A DNA stretch of 64,000 nucleotides. Source: Girardia tigrina. Its lineage: Eukaryota. The notes beneath the pieces were generated by a model that saw only the letters and a list, made by a program, of their open reading frames with translations, was not told where the DNA came from and ran no database searches. The position numbers were made by a program, and so were the translations under genes. Shown here one piece after another: positions 24,407 through 36,727 of this stretch; within the stretch, counting starts at the first letter, position 1, and each line of letters opens with the position of its first letter. The stretch covers positions 60,943 to 124,942 of the forward strand of contig MQRK01230866.1 in NCBI GenBank assembly GCA_001938485.1, read 5' to 3'.

Positions 24407-26732
24407 ATGTTATATGGCAATCGTAATTGGTATCTTTGTACAACAACACTTGATCTTATGTCTCTCGAAGGACAATTAAAAAAAACTAATTGATCTATGA
24501 AATTCTACCTCACAGACCTTACTTGGTCTACCTCTCACCATTTGATTAGCAGTTTTAAGTAGCTAAAAATCAAGAATCAAGAATAAAACGAATCCAATAA
24601 AGTCATCTCCTTCAGAGCTCCAAATTTTTACCTCATATGAATAAATAAACTTATATATTAGTGGTAAAATATACAGGTTAAAATGTTTTTTCAATTACAC
24701 TCGAGTCTCGTTTTACGAGATAGAAGCTTTCCATGGAAATTCTCACAAAAAGCATTAAAAGACAGATTACTTGGATACGTTTCATTCATTTAAAAATCGC
24801 ATAAAACCTAAATAAAATTTTTAATGTATCAAAAATAGCATTAAAAAGTACGAAAAATCATGGAAAATTGTTCAAAATATTAGACAACAAATGTTTGTAA
24901 CAAAAGATTATCTAAATTCTTTTTCTTCGTGTTTTAAAATAAGCATATGCATAAATAACATGAACAAAACAATATTTCATTGAAAACATAAATAACGTCA
25001 GCAAAACTTCATTTGAAATCACATTTAAGCCTCCCCAGACTGAACGGATAGCTGTGTATTGTAGAGACTATATGATAGAGAATCATAGATTCTTTATCGG
25101 ATAGAAACCAAAAATAGACCATGCAGAGCCTACTAACTTTCTCGCCTGGCTTTAGATTCAAGAATGTGAGCTTTCAGTGCACGGGCCCGCTTCGGTTTCC
25201 CAGTCAGAAATCACCAGTCATGATCCCTCATACCGTGTAAACACGTTTCGTACAATGAGTAAAGGGACACCGAAATATCCCCACATCATTTGTATTATTT
25301 AACCGAAAATCAAGAACCACTCCTGGGTCCTTCTCCACGGTACCGTCGAGGGGGATGACACATCATGCATCTTGATCGGGTTCGAAGATTTTGTACATCC
25401 TTCATCTACGTTATTTGGTGAAGCACTAGTGCCACTGTTACTGCCTTGGATTCGAGGGAAATCACATTAATTTTTTTACCACATTTTTTCTTTGACAAGG
25501 TAGTCAGTAATCAAACACTGTGATGGCTTGATTAATGCTTTTTTAAAGCTCTCGGTAATCATACTGACAACATTTGAGATCACCTTGGAATTTCAAGGCG
25601 CTTTCCAAATTATTATCCTTTACAATGAAAATGCAGCTTTTGTGAATTTAAAGCTTTTGGATTTAAAGCTAAATTAATTTATTGAGTGTATTAAAATTTA
25701 TTGTAAACTGAGACATTATTTATTAAAAAACGCCATTATTTTGTACACCACCAGATATTACTTATTGTCAAAGAAATCTCTAAGGTTGTTTCGGTCGACA
25801 TTGTTTTCCTAGATCATCATTATTGAGTCAATGGGGTTGAATTTTTAATTAATCATTTTAATTTCTTTTAAAAAAAATATTTTTGATAATTAAGTTAATC
25901 TTAATTTTAGGTATATTTTTGTGTGGGAAAATATGCGAAATAAATATGAGGAACGATTTTGTCGCAGCTGTGTCTGATTAACTCCACAACAAATTGCCTT
26001 AGCTTAATGCTAGTTGATTATTCGACATTGTTTTGTTCTTTTTCACGATCGAGTTCTTCTATCAGTGTTTCTTTCATCATCAATCTATTGATCTCAATTT
26101 TGCACTTATTAATCTGACGTTTTGGTTTATTTCTTACGCCATCTGAACAAACTTCTCTTCTTTTATTGAAAATTGCAATATTTCCTGATAAATTATCTTG
26201 ATGAAATAAAATTGTGATTGCAAGAATTATATGGAAATGTTTCAATTGATTTGTCTAATATTATCAGTCTCATTATTATAAGGATTAATTTTGATGATTT
26301 TAGTTATGGTTTTTTTGCGATAGAAAACTACCGGTTAATTTTTTATGATGTTTCGTTTTATTATATTGAATTTTATGTATATAGATGTTGTTATTGAGTT
26401 GTGGCGATTTGTGTGACTTTTGTGGATCAAATAGAACTGTACAAGTTTTTTGTCATGAAAATTGCAATCAATAAAATATCATTTTTAATAAATTATTGGA
26501 TTGTCTTTTTTCTTTTGGAATTCATTTAGTTGCTTTCCTATTCTTTTTATTAGCTTACTTTCTATATATATATATACATATAAATATATTAATTAAAAAA
26601 TTGCGTAATAATATCTGCCATATAAATGATTTGAAATTTACTTCACAATTTATGATGCCGTAATGGCTAAACATGTTTTGCAAAATAAAAAACTTTTCAA
26701 ATTGGGTTTGAACTTCATTTTCTTTATATATA

Positions 26733-27317
26733 TATGCCGAATTTGTGTAATTACCGAATTCACGAACTCGGCAATTTTTTTAATTCAATAATGAAATTGA
26801 TATTAATATTTAATATGAAAAAAAATCAATTTAATTTGAAAAAAGTATCGATTTCATAAGAAAGGTGTATTTATTACGAAAAAATATCAATTTAATATGA
26901 AAAATGCTTTAAAATACGTTTGCAATTCAGCTTGCCACCAAGGAATTAGTTTAAATAACTACGAATAAAAATTTTACACTTGGAATATATTGCATAATAA
27001 ATTAAGATTTTTTCCTATTTAATTTCTTTTTTCATATTAAATTGCTAATTTTTAATTATCCATTTAAAATGAAATTATAAATTAATTATAAAATTAATTA
27101 ATTATAAATTGATATTTTGCCATATTAAATACAGAATTTTGATATAAAATTTATATTTTCTCATATTAAATTGATATTTTTTTCATATTTTTCATATTAA
27201 TTACGTAATCGTTCAGTTTAAATTGATAAATGTTCATTTTAAATTAAAATTTTTCATATAGTGAATTTGGGAAAAATTGACTAGTTCACGAATTCGGCAA
27301 TTACACAAATTTGGCAT

Positions 27318-27321
<4 letters not shown>
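26733..27321. mobile_element. MITE inserted in (TA)n, copy 2 (inverted relative to 9347-9852)
   Basis: tatgccgaatttgtgtaatt ... aattacacaaatttggcataaca; internal tgcaattcagcttg.cacca shared with copy 1. Confidence 0.8.
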
Positions 27322-27366
<45 letters not shown>

Positions 27367-27586
27367 NNNNNNNNNNNNNNNNNNNNNNNNNNNNNNNNNN
27401 NNNNNNNNNNNNNNNNNNNNNNNNNNNNNNNNNNNNNNNNNNNNNNNNNNNNNNNNNNNNNNNNNNNNNNNNNNNNNNNNNNNNNNNNNNNNNNNNNNNN
27501 NNNNNNNNNNNNNNNNNNNNNNNNNNNNNNNNNNNNNNNNNNNNNNNNNNNNNNNNNNNNNNNNNNNNGGGCCGCCACTTTGACAC

Positions 27587-27616
<30 letters not shown>

Positions 27617-27618
<2 letters not shown>

Positions 27619-30058
27619 AAGGGTGATCATAAAGTAACTACCGAGTTTTAAACTGCAATAACTTTTGAATTATATTGTATTTCTTTTTAATTATAAAGGC
27701 ATCTTGAAGCTTAATCTTTAAAATGTTATTAAAAGTACATTTTATTTAAATATTAATTGTTATTGTTTTAAGTGTAATATTCAAAATGGATGTAAATCAG
27801 CGTGTAAATATTGTTATTTTATTTGCGAAGCATGAGTCAGTGACTTTAGTAAGAAGAGAACTTCAACGACTTAAATTGAAAAATATTCCAACCGAAAAAA
27901 AGTATTAGAAGCATCTTCAAAAAGTTTGAAGAAACAGGAAACTTTCTAAATGCCCCAAAATCTGGCAGACCACCAATTGATGATGAAAAAAAAATAAGAT
28001 AGCAGAACATTTTAAGCATGAACCCTAGCCTTCTATCAGCTAATCGTTGTTAACTCTGAATCGCTCTTATGGAACTGTTCAAAAGGTATTATGCAACGAC
28101 TTTAAAATTTTCCCCTACAGAATTTAAGCTACGCAACTTTTTTATGAAGAAGATTGCACTCTTAGACGTGTTATGTGTGAAACGTTAATTCAATCGATAG
28201 ATGCAGATGAAAATTTTCTTAGTAACCTGATATTCTCTGATGAGTCAACTTTCCATCTTTACGGCATTGAAAACAGACATAACTGTCGCATTTAGGGCAC
28301 TAAAACACCAACCGAAACATATCAGAGGTTACAGGCTAGTGAAAAAGTTAATGTTTTGAGTGGGTTGTCTTCAACTCGTGTTTATGGGCCCTTTTTTGTT
28401 GAAGGAAACATAACAGCGGCGCTTTACCTGGATATGTTAAAAAGTTGCTTTATGCCATCGTTATCAAGAACATGCAAACGGAAAGCTGTGTTCCAGCAAG
28501 ATGGAGCACCTGTCCATTATTCACTGATTGTGCGACAATTTCAGGATAAAGCGTTTCCACAATGTTGGCTGGGACGATGTGTCCAGGTCACCTGATTTAA
28601 TTTTTTGTGTGGAGGTATTTAAAGAATGAAGTGTATAAGAGAAAACCAGAAACAATTCAGCAACTTAAAGATTTTATTTGTCAAGAAGCGGCAAAATAGA
28701 TGGTGAAATGTGTCAAAATGCTATTAAGTCTTTTCATGGACGCCTTAAACATTGTATTGAAGTCGATGGTTATTCTGTTGAATATTTTTAAATTCTAATA
28801 AATGCTCTTTTGTTATTTACTGTGATAACACACTTTCGGGTAATGTGAGTTTATATATGAGTATTTTCCATTTGTCTCTGTACATGACTTTGATTTTTTC
28901 CGGTGTTCTCTGTATATAGTCGTTTTGGAGTGTGATGTGTGTTGCGTTTGTGATCATTCTTTTTGGTTTTTGATTTTTATCGTGGTCGGAATTTTGTTGG
29001 CAACCCAAAACTTTTGGAGCATCTATGGAGTTGTCTAGAGTCTCAGTGATGGGCAACCTGTCAGATTGAAGTGAATCGGATCATGTAAAAAAAATAAACA
29101 AGAATAAAGTCAGTATCTCAAATAAATAATTTATTTCGCATCTCTATCATTAAATAATAAAAATATTCTCATTTCCCAACAAGGTAATGGTGGACCTTCC
29201 TGACAGAAATTACTTCTACTATTCAAAAAGAAAGAACAATGAGTTTTACGTATTGATGGCAATTTCCTAAAGAAAGATAATAATATTTCGGTTGCTGACG
29301 ATATTTACACGATATTTAGAAGAGCAGATTCAATTGATAAAGATAGCTACAAGAAAATCTACTCAATTTTCTATGAACAGTTTTCGAAAAATAATTGTTA
29401 TTAGATTCATTACCTATAGTCTATATAGTAAGCCAAAATTGTAATGGAAATGGGACTTACTGTATTTATTATTGCGCTTTACGTTGCATTCTTTCTACAA
29501 AATTTTCCATAAAACTTGAGAAATTAAAAGTATATTATTTATTTGTTTTGACGAGGTGGTTATTTCAGTATTTCATAATCCTTAAAAAAGATAGCTGGCT
29601 AAAGAAATTTGGCATCAAATAAATGAGAAATAAATAGAAATAAATTATGAAAAAAAATCGATAATGAAATTGATCGCCTAACAACAATATTAATAATTAC
29701 TTACCGTTGGAATTTAATGAGTTGATTAATGCTATTTACTGTTGATGTACCTTATTGAAAAATTTGATGTCGACAAATAAATTTTATTTAACAAAGGCTA
29801 TTTCTATAGTTTTGTTTATTGTTTTTTTTGATAGTCTGTTATTTTCAATTTTTTACTAGTTGTTTATAAATTAGTCTAACTCTATATATTTTTATATTGA
29901 GTTAGGTTACTTTTGGTATTTTATTCTAAAGTAAAATTAGATATTTGTCTGCACGTTGAAATATCTAATTTTACATTTACAACCATTTTTTCATAATTTT
30001 TTGCCAAAAAAATTTATTGCAGTTTAAAACCCGGTAGTTACTTTATGATCACCCTGTA
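27617..30058 (+). mobile_element. Tc1/mariner element (transposase pseudogene 27786-28790) enlarged by ~1.2 kb of inserted DNA
   Basis: TIRs agggtgatcataaagtaactaccg.gttttaaactgcaataa / ttattgcagtttaaaacccggtagttactttatgatcaccctgTA; motifs FSDESTFHL, NRHNCR, GPFF, FQQDGAP.H, SPDL. Confidence 0.88.
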
Positions 30059-31008
30059 TATTCATGGAATTTAGAAACCTATTTTTGAAGGCTATCGATT
30101 TTCTTCAAACTTTGCACTCACTCATTCTCGATGACAATAAATGATTATGTAAAAATTTGATCAAAAAAATTTTTTAAGATCCCAAAATATGAAAAAAACG
30201 GGAAATTCGGAGTTCCAGAACAATATTAATTACAATATATCTACTTAATTATAAGTAGTTTATATTAATTTTTAATGTTTTTTTAATTAAATTTTTTTAA
30301 ATTTTGAAATCTTTCTTCTCAAAATAGAGTTCTATTTGCATAAAGAATGGATTTAAAAATTCAATTTTTGGATTTGCTAGTTTCATTCAGAAAATTCATT
30401 TTTATAAAAACACTTTATATATAATTTATATCTATAACTTAATATTTATTTTGTAACAATAATGATTGCTGGTGTTTATTTATAAAAAGATATTAAATAA
30501 GACAAAGTTATTTAATAAATATATATTAAGTAATATTAATCACGAATAACATTTAGTTATAGATAATAAGATGAATTAATACAATTTGTATCGATTGTAA
30601 ATTAGCTACAGGTTTAAATCAGTTGTTTACAGAGACAAAAGAACTACTTAAGTATTATTTAACAAAATTCATAACATTTAAATAATTTACTTTTCGTTGA
30701 ATAATCGTATAAAATTCAATGAATAATTGTATTATCATTATGGTTGTCGTTAAAAATCGTTATAAAATTTGAATGGAATGCAACTTTTCGTTGCGATTTT
30801 TTTATAAAATCAATAAAAATTTAATTTTAAATAGAATTTAACCCTCTACCTTCAATAAATATTCAATAAAAATAAATTTTTCAAGATATCACATGGTTGT
30901 TGTTCCACCCGACCCTCAGGTTGCCCCGACAATCGGACAGAGGCAGTATGGTTGCGCAGGAAAACTCTCTCGATCAAGTGCTGGGTCGATATTGACTGCC
31001 TTAATAAG

Positions 31009-32213
31009 TCACTCCCACCATTTTTTCGATATGATTGTCAATAATTCATCACATCCAGTCAGGGAAAAAGAGAATAACTCTGTTCTGTTCTCACTTCGAA
31101 CATTGTCGATTGGTAATTCCAATGGTAAAGATGGATTTTCAGCGTGATCAACATGAAATGGTAACATCAATATATCACTGTTTTCTCTGGTTTCTTTTAT
31201 TAAACTTTTATTTGTTATAAGAATCGGTCGAGATACCCATTTCATTTGATCAATGTTAACAAGAAATTTTGGATTTAAACAGGACTTGTGAGAAATAATT
31301 TTATCTGTATATACATCAATTTCATTTGACAACGTTAATTTTAGTTTCCTATTATTAATTGGTACATTTCTTTCTTCTTGAGTCGTTGGAAATTCTCCAT
31401 TTTGTAATAGTTGAGAATTGTATGATGCAATTGATGTATTTGAACTGTAGACTGCTCCGAACACTGTCGCCATTCTGCAAAAGTCTTGAGGAATTTCTCC
31501 ACATCCATAATTGAGCCACATGATAGGAAAAGGTCCGAATTTATTAAAGGACTGTAAAAGGCCTTTCTTTTTGAAATTCCTTCTTTTGTTTCAACGTTCC
31601 TAGGAGATAAATGCAGAAGTTCAAACAACGGACGATTAGAATACTTCTTCACTAAGTCTTCTGCCAAACCAACTGTAAAGCACCATTTAAGAAATGATGT
31701 TAACTGTCGTTTTTTCGAAGTGAAAACACTTTAGTTTTTACAATATCTGATCTATTAATCGAAACGGTATAATTTTATTATCAGAAAATGAAGCGAATTT
31801 GGAAATAAATTTAATTTCTAAATAACGAGTTACATAAGACTGAATAAAAGCATCGACTGTTCGACTTTCGGAGAACAAAACTCTTGGGTATAACTCGAAT
31901 TCAAAACCGCGTATAATTTGTCGAAAAGACTTCTGATTCCAATGATGGGCAATCGAATCTGATGAACCATTTTTTGTGATTTCTTCAACACAGACATTGT
32001 CATTGTCTTCAAGAACTGGATCGATTTTCCATTCTCCAACAATTCTTCCAAGTCAATGAGTTGCATGCATGCACTATAACCGCCGTAATAATCACTCCTG
32101 TCCAAATATCCTGTCCACCGAATATCCAGTGGTCAGCAATGCGGTCGACAAAATCGATTCGACAATTCCCGCTCCATAAATCACAAAATCGAAACTTCGG
32201 GAAAATCTGACAT
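31009..32213 (-). pseudogene. CHM: Rab escort protein (REP/CHM, GDI family), intronless with multiple frameshifts
   Basis: Frame-hopping reads MSDFP..FDFVIYGAGIVESILSTAL..LDRSDYYGG, FELYPRVLFSES..VDAFIQSYVTRYLEIK, RSDIVKTK..KRQLTSFL.WC, FLQSFNKFGPFP..WLNYGCGEIPQDFCRMATVFGAVY, VSRPILITNKSL. Confidence 0.85.
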
Positions 32214-32604
32214 GATAAAAATAAATCCAAAGGAAATGCACACGTTCAATATTTTTTATTTTCCAGTATATTTACAGAAGTTCATCTAATTTAATTCGAC
32301 AAAACAAAACCTCAAGGTCACTATCAAAATTTAATAGTAAATTTAAAAATCTATTTTTTTTGATAATCAGTGTAGTGTACATCTAAAAATAATGTTTCAA
32401 AAAATATTTTACATCAATACAATCGTCATAACAAAATTTCGATAATAACGAATATAATTTTGGCGATAGAAAATTTTCGGGTTTCTTTCTTTTAAATTTT
32501 ATAAATAATGATAATAATTGAATTTTGAAATATAATAATTTAAATATTTGAATCCGAACAGTTGTTGTCCTTTTTATTTTTTATATTATTTTTTTTGTTG
32601 TATT

Positions 32605-32670
32605 TCGCATTACTAGTGCTTGATTGAAAGGTCAGTAGGACGAAACTACCATCTGATGGATTAAGACTGA
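32605..32670 (+). rRNA. Isolated 28S rRNA 3'-domain fragment (pseudogenic)
   Basis: gtgcttgattgaaaggtcagtaggacgaaactaccatctgatggattaagactga resembles the conserved 28S gtgcttggctga...ggcgaagctaccatctgtgggattatgactga. Confidence 0.65.
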
Positions 32671-32671
32671 T

Positions 32672-33026
32672 ATATTTTGCATATTTTTGAGTGCCTCAGT
32701 AGGCAAGTAACCTAGTGGCGTCTATCTTCTCTCGAGGTATAGATGGCCGTTGGATCCAAGGAGCTCATCCACTCTTTACTAGATTTTGTTTTTCATCCTG
32801 CAAGTGTCCACAAACCCTCTTCACTCAGATTGCTCTGGATGAGGAAGCCGGTTTGGTCGCCAGCCATTCGACTATGGGACAGGTATTACAGGTTTATATG
32901 GTACCTGTAGCAGGCAGCTTGCCTAACCTGATCTATAGTCAAAGTCCCCACGATTGAACTATCGGTCACCCATACAAGTACTAACGCGGTTGTTGGTTGC
33001 TTAACGTCGGAGATCACCATTCGGTC
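32672..33026 (-). mobile_element. 5S rRNA-derived SINE (SINE3-like)
   Basis: Minus strand gatctccgacgttaagcaac...gcgttagtacttgtatgggtgacc = 5S internal promoter (box A, IE, box C), followed by a ~290-nt GC-richer non-5S body. Confidence 0.7.
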
Positions 33027-33621
33027 TACACCATTTAAAGATCAAATTCAACCTTTGAAAAATCAAATTCAAAATTTGTAAGATTAAAAGGTAAACAATT
33101 GTAAACCTTTGCAAATTTATCAGTTATAATCTTTTGTAAAAGTATTTTTTAAGTCAATTATGATAAGGAATTAGGCAGATTAAATATTTCTTTATTTACT
33201 TCTTTTTACATATAATATGAGTTATAAACCATGCAAAATACAGTTGCTTGCAGTTAAGAATAATGCTTACTTGATTCATTTCAGAATTTCATATAAAAAT
33301 TGGCTATCTAAAAATAAATAGCCAATAAAAAATTATAAAATAATTGTAAGCAGAATATAAAAATAGCTATCTGCACTTAACAGTAGCGTTAAATATAGAA
33401 AAAATCTCTTACCCTAATCCACACCATACATACATACAATGCATACATACCTAGGCCGATACACGGCTGATACACACCCGATTTATCGTCACTTAAGAGT
33501 AAGAATTTAAAATTTAAAAAAATATATTTAATTACGAATTTTCAAACATTAGCAGTGCAACTGACAATGCATTAAGGTATGTTACTAATAAATATAATTT
33601 TTATTAAAAAATTTCAGTAGT

Positions 33622-34713
33622 ATGTCTGACGACACTCAAAGCACGGAGCTTTGTCTCGAAAAAAAGACTCGAGAAACGTGATTTTTAGAAAATTTAAAAT
33701 ATAATTAATGATTTCATTGCAGGATATCAAATATTGACAAAGAAAGGCTAATTAGAGCCTATAATTGATCAGATGATTTCCTCAATTTGACAAGACAATT
33801 AGACATCTCCCTTACTTCAGCCAAAAATATAATATATAAATATGATAAAACCGGTCTAATTTCAGTAGGAAAGCATGGAGGGCACAAGAAACCGATAATT
33901 ACCGATGAAATAGACCAATTTATCATGGATTATGTTGAAGAAAATCCTCAGTCAACATTGGCTGAAATGAAGAGATACACACAGGACACCAAAGAAATCA
34001 ATGTCAAAGAAATCTGAATCAACAATTTCAAGATTCCTCACGGGAAAATTAATTACGTTAAAGAAAAGAATTCTGACCGAGTTAAGGAGCTGCGATTTTA
34101 ATATGTCGTTCAATTTCTCGATGAAGGTTGGCGAATGAGTCCATGCATCTTCATTGGTGAAATCGGCTTTAATTTATGGACAACTCGAAAATTCGGACGA
34201 TCGAAGAGAGGATTACCGGCCTATACAGTCATTCCAACAAACAGGGGCAAAAATATGTCGCTGATAATGACAATCGGAAAGCATGGTCCATTGCTTTTCA
34301 AATTATACAGTGGCAGTGTTGACCACGTGAAGTATCAGGCCTTTATCAGTGAATTATCCAGTAGTTTGCCCGGGACACCACATTATATAATTCACGATAA
34401 TACCCGAAATCATCTCAATACTACTTCTAATTTTAAAATAATAAATTTGCCTCTTTATTTTCCGTTCCTCAATCCAATAGAGGCCTTCTTTGCAAAATTA
34501 AAAAAGGTACTTGAGGACAGAGATGACTAATTATTCAGGCTGATTATTCAGCTAATTATTATAGATGAACCACAAGAAAAACAAGCCGCTTTGAAAGAAA
34601 AAATTGAAGCTGTAGCGGCAAAAGAAGAAAACAAAGGCATGAGAAATTATTATCATCATGTCAAGAAATTTTTCAAAGCTTGTCTCTTGAAAAAAGATAT
34701 TCACAGTGACTGA
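33622..34713 (+). pseudogene. Intron-containing Tc1/IS630-like transposase
   Basis: GT-AG intron 33678-33722 joins MSDD..RET/ISNIDKERL in frame; HTH region, IFIGEIGFN, IIHDN, LPLYFPFLNPIEAFF; stops present. Confidence 0.8.
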
Positions 34714-34773
34714 ATAGATGAAAAAAACGTTTTTGTAAATATTTTATTATAATAAATGTATTATTAGTTTTTT

Positions 34774-35025
34774 CAGAAAAAACATGTTGAATTGATTAAA
34801 CAAGCTCCATATTCGCCTGATTTAAATCAGTGTGACAAATGGCTGTTCAAATTTTTAAAACGATCACTAAGAACAACATCATTTGCAAGTGAGGAAGAGG
34901 TCTTACAAGTGGTCAGTGATATTATGAGGAATCTCTCACGAGAAAAACTTTCACATGAATTTGATAAACTTTTTACACATGCTGAAAATGTTATTTATTG
35001 TAATGGTGAATATACTGTTGTGTAG
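34774..35025 (+). pseudogene. Mariner transposase C-terminal fragment
   Basis: APYSPDLNQCDKWLFKFLK...VIYCNGEY (YSPDLAP.D motif). Confidence 0.8.
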
Positions 35026-35149
35026 AAATATATATTTGTTGTTTTATATTTGTTTTATTTAGAAATTGGAAGTACAGAGGAGTAACGGAAAAAACGTTTT
35101 TGCCATATTAATATAATAAAAATCTTACTTTTTCATTTTTAAATTTAAT

Positions 35150-36162
35150 AATCCAGAATAATCTCGACGTATCTCAATCACCATTCCGTTTGTGTGAAGC
35201 CTCCGTGGTTTGCTGTTAAAATGGCTTGTGGCGACGCCGCTTCCTTTTGTTTCAAATGACTCTTAATGACGCTCTAAGCTGACTCCACTGGATTACGGTG
35301 CCAGACGAAAAATGATGATTCCATTTTCTTCAAGAGACTCAATTCGCGAAGGGTATGGTGCATTGTCCATAATTATTAAAACATTTTATGGTGGAATTTC
35401 TTTTTGTTCCATTAGCTTGCTTATGACATCCTTCAATCAATTGTTACAACCGTCAGCCTTGAAAAATCCACGTTTTCTCGTAAAATGCTGAACGCCAGTT
35501 TGTGTCATGGCCATAATCATATGCACATTGGAGACTTTTGTTGACATAGCTTCATCAAAGCTCTCTGGCCAACTACAGATCTCCCTATTCCTTTTCTTAA
35601 AAAATGATTCAAAGTTGCTTTCATCCATGTACACTCATTTTTCATCCCCGTTCGCCTAAATTTATAAAGAAAATGTACGTGAATGAATAAAATATACTAC
35701 ATGCTATTAAGTCAAAAAATGTAACTAAGATGTATGAGAGATTCAATAAATTCTCTTCTTTTTAGTTTATTTTCAAGGCTGTTGGCTACTTCTGGTAGGG
35801 GATGAAATTTTTTCACCCTGATCATGCGACCATGCAAATGATTTCCATCAGTTTGTTGGATCCCAATGATTCCAAATTGGCTTTGAAGTTGAGCAGCTAG
35901 TTCCTTCAGGGTCAATTGGCAGTTTTCCTCTAATAAATCGATTAGGAAGTCTTCATGCTCTTTTTTCAATTTTAATTTGCTCGCAACGACACCACCGCGT
36001 TTTTCTGAGCATGTGTCTCTTTACGGATTCATCCGTTAGCAGTTCCTCTTTTGATGCCGCTTGCCAATTCTCTCAATTCTCATATGATAGTAGAACTGGT
36101 CGACGAATAACTTCTGTCGATCTTTCATAGGCTCCTCTTGAAACACCTGTTTTACTACCCAT
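35150..36162 (-). pseudogene. Tc1/IS630-like transposase, degraded
   Basis: KRGGR, LLEENCQLTLKELAAQL, YMDESNF, IIMDNAP. Confidence 0.78.
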
Positions 36163-36727
36163 CTTTTTTACTTCTTCGTTACCATCTGCATTATCGTAAA
36201 TAACTTAAAATAAAAAAATTTTAAATAATAGCGATTCAAAACTGAAAAGATACTCTTGTATGAAGCTTAAATATGATAAAGTTCCACTGAACTTACCTAC
36301 TGAAGCAAAAGTTCTATGTAGGCTTCGGTATGTTATCGATGAAGTAAAAAGGAAAGTTGAAAATAAGTAGTGTTCTGTAAATAGTGAATAGAGTGGCCAA
36401 ATGATTTAAATAAACAAAAAACTACAAAGTAAAACGAACCGAATCACGATAACAATTAAATCTTTCTACATATTTCATAAGATGACTTTGCTTTAGAAAT
36501 TTCCAATTTGATTTTTAAAAGGTTGAATTTGATTTTTCGAAATTTGAATTTGATCAGTCAAAGTTTGAATTTGATCTTTGAATGGTGTAGAAGTAATGAT
36601 AACTTGTGTCATCTTCGTAAAGAAGGAACATTATTATATATTATCTAAATCATCATTATTGAGTCAATCAATGTTGGTAGAATTTCTAATTTATTATTTT
36701 AATTTCTTTTTAAAAGAATATATTGGA

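Larger units (their letters stand above)
33027..36589. mobile_element. Composite Tc1-like structure bounded by TIRs
   Basis: TAcaccatttaaagatcaaattcaa... / ...ttgaatttgatctttgaatggtgTA with atcaaattcaa subrepeats; holds two convergent Tc1-type transposase pseudogenes and a mariner fragment. Confidence 0.75.

Noticed and set aside
27234-27651. ORFs made of X and YI repeats (likewise 53143-53672 and 56013-56421)
   Set aside because: Artefacts of N gaps and (TA)n
32636-32665. Hammerhead-like GAAAC...CTGATGG
   Set aside because: Core imperfect, no stems; better explained as 28S rRNA sequence
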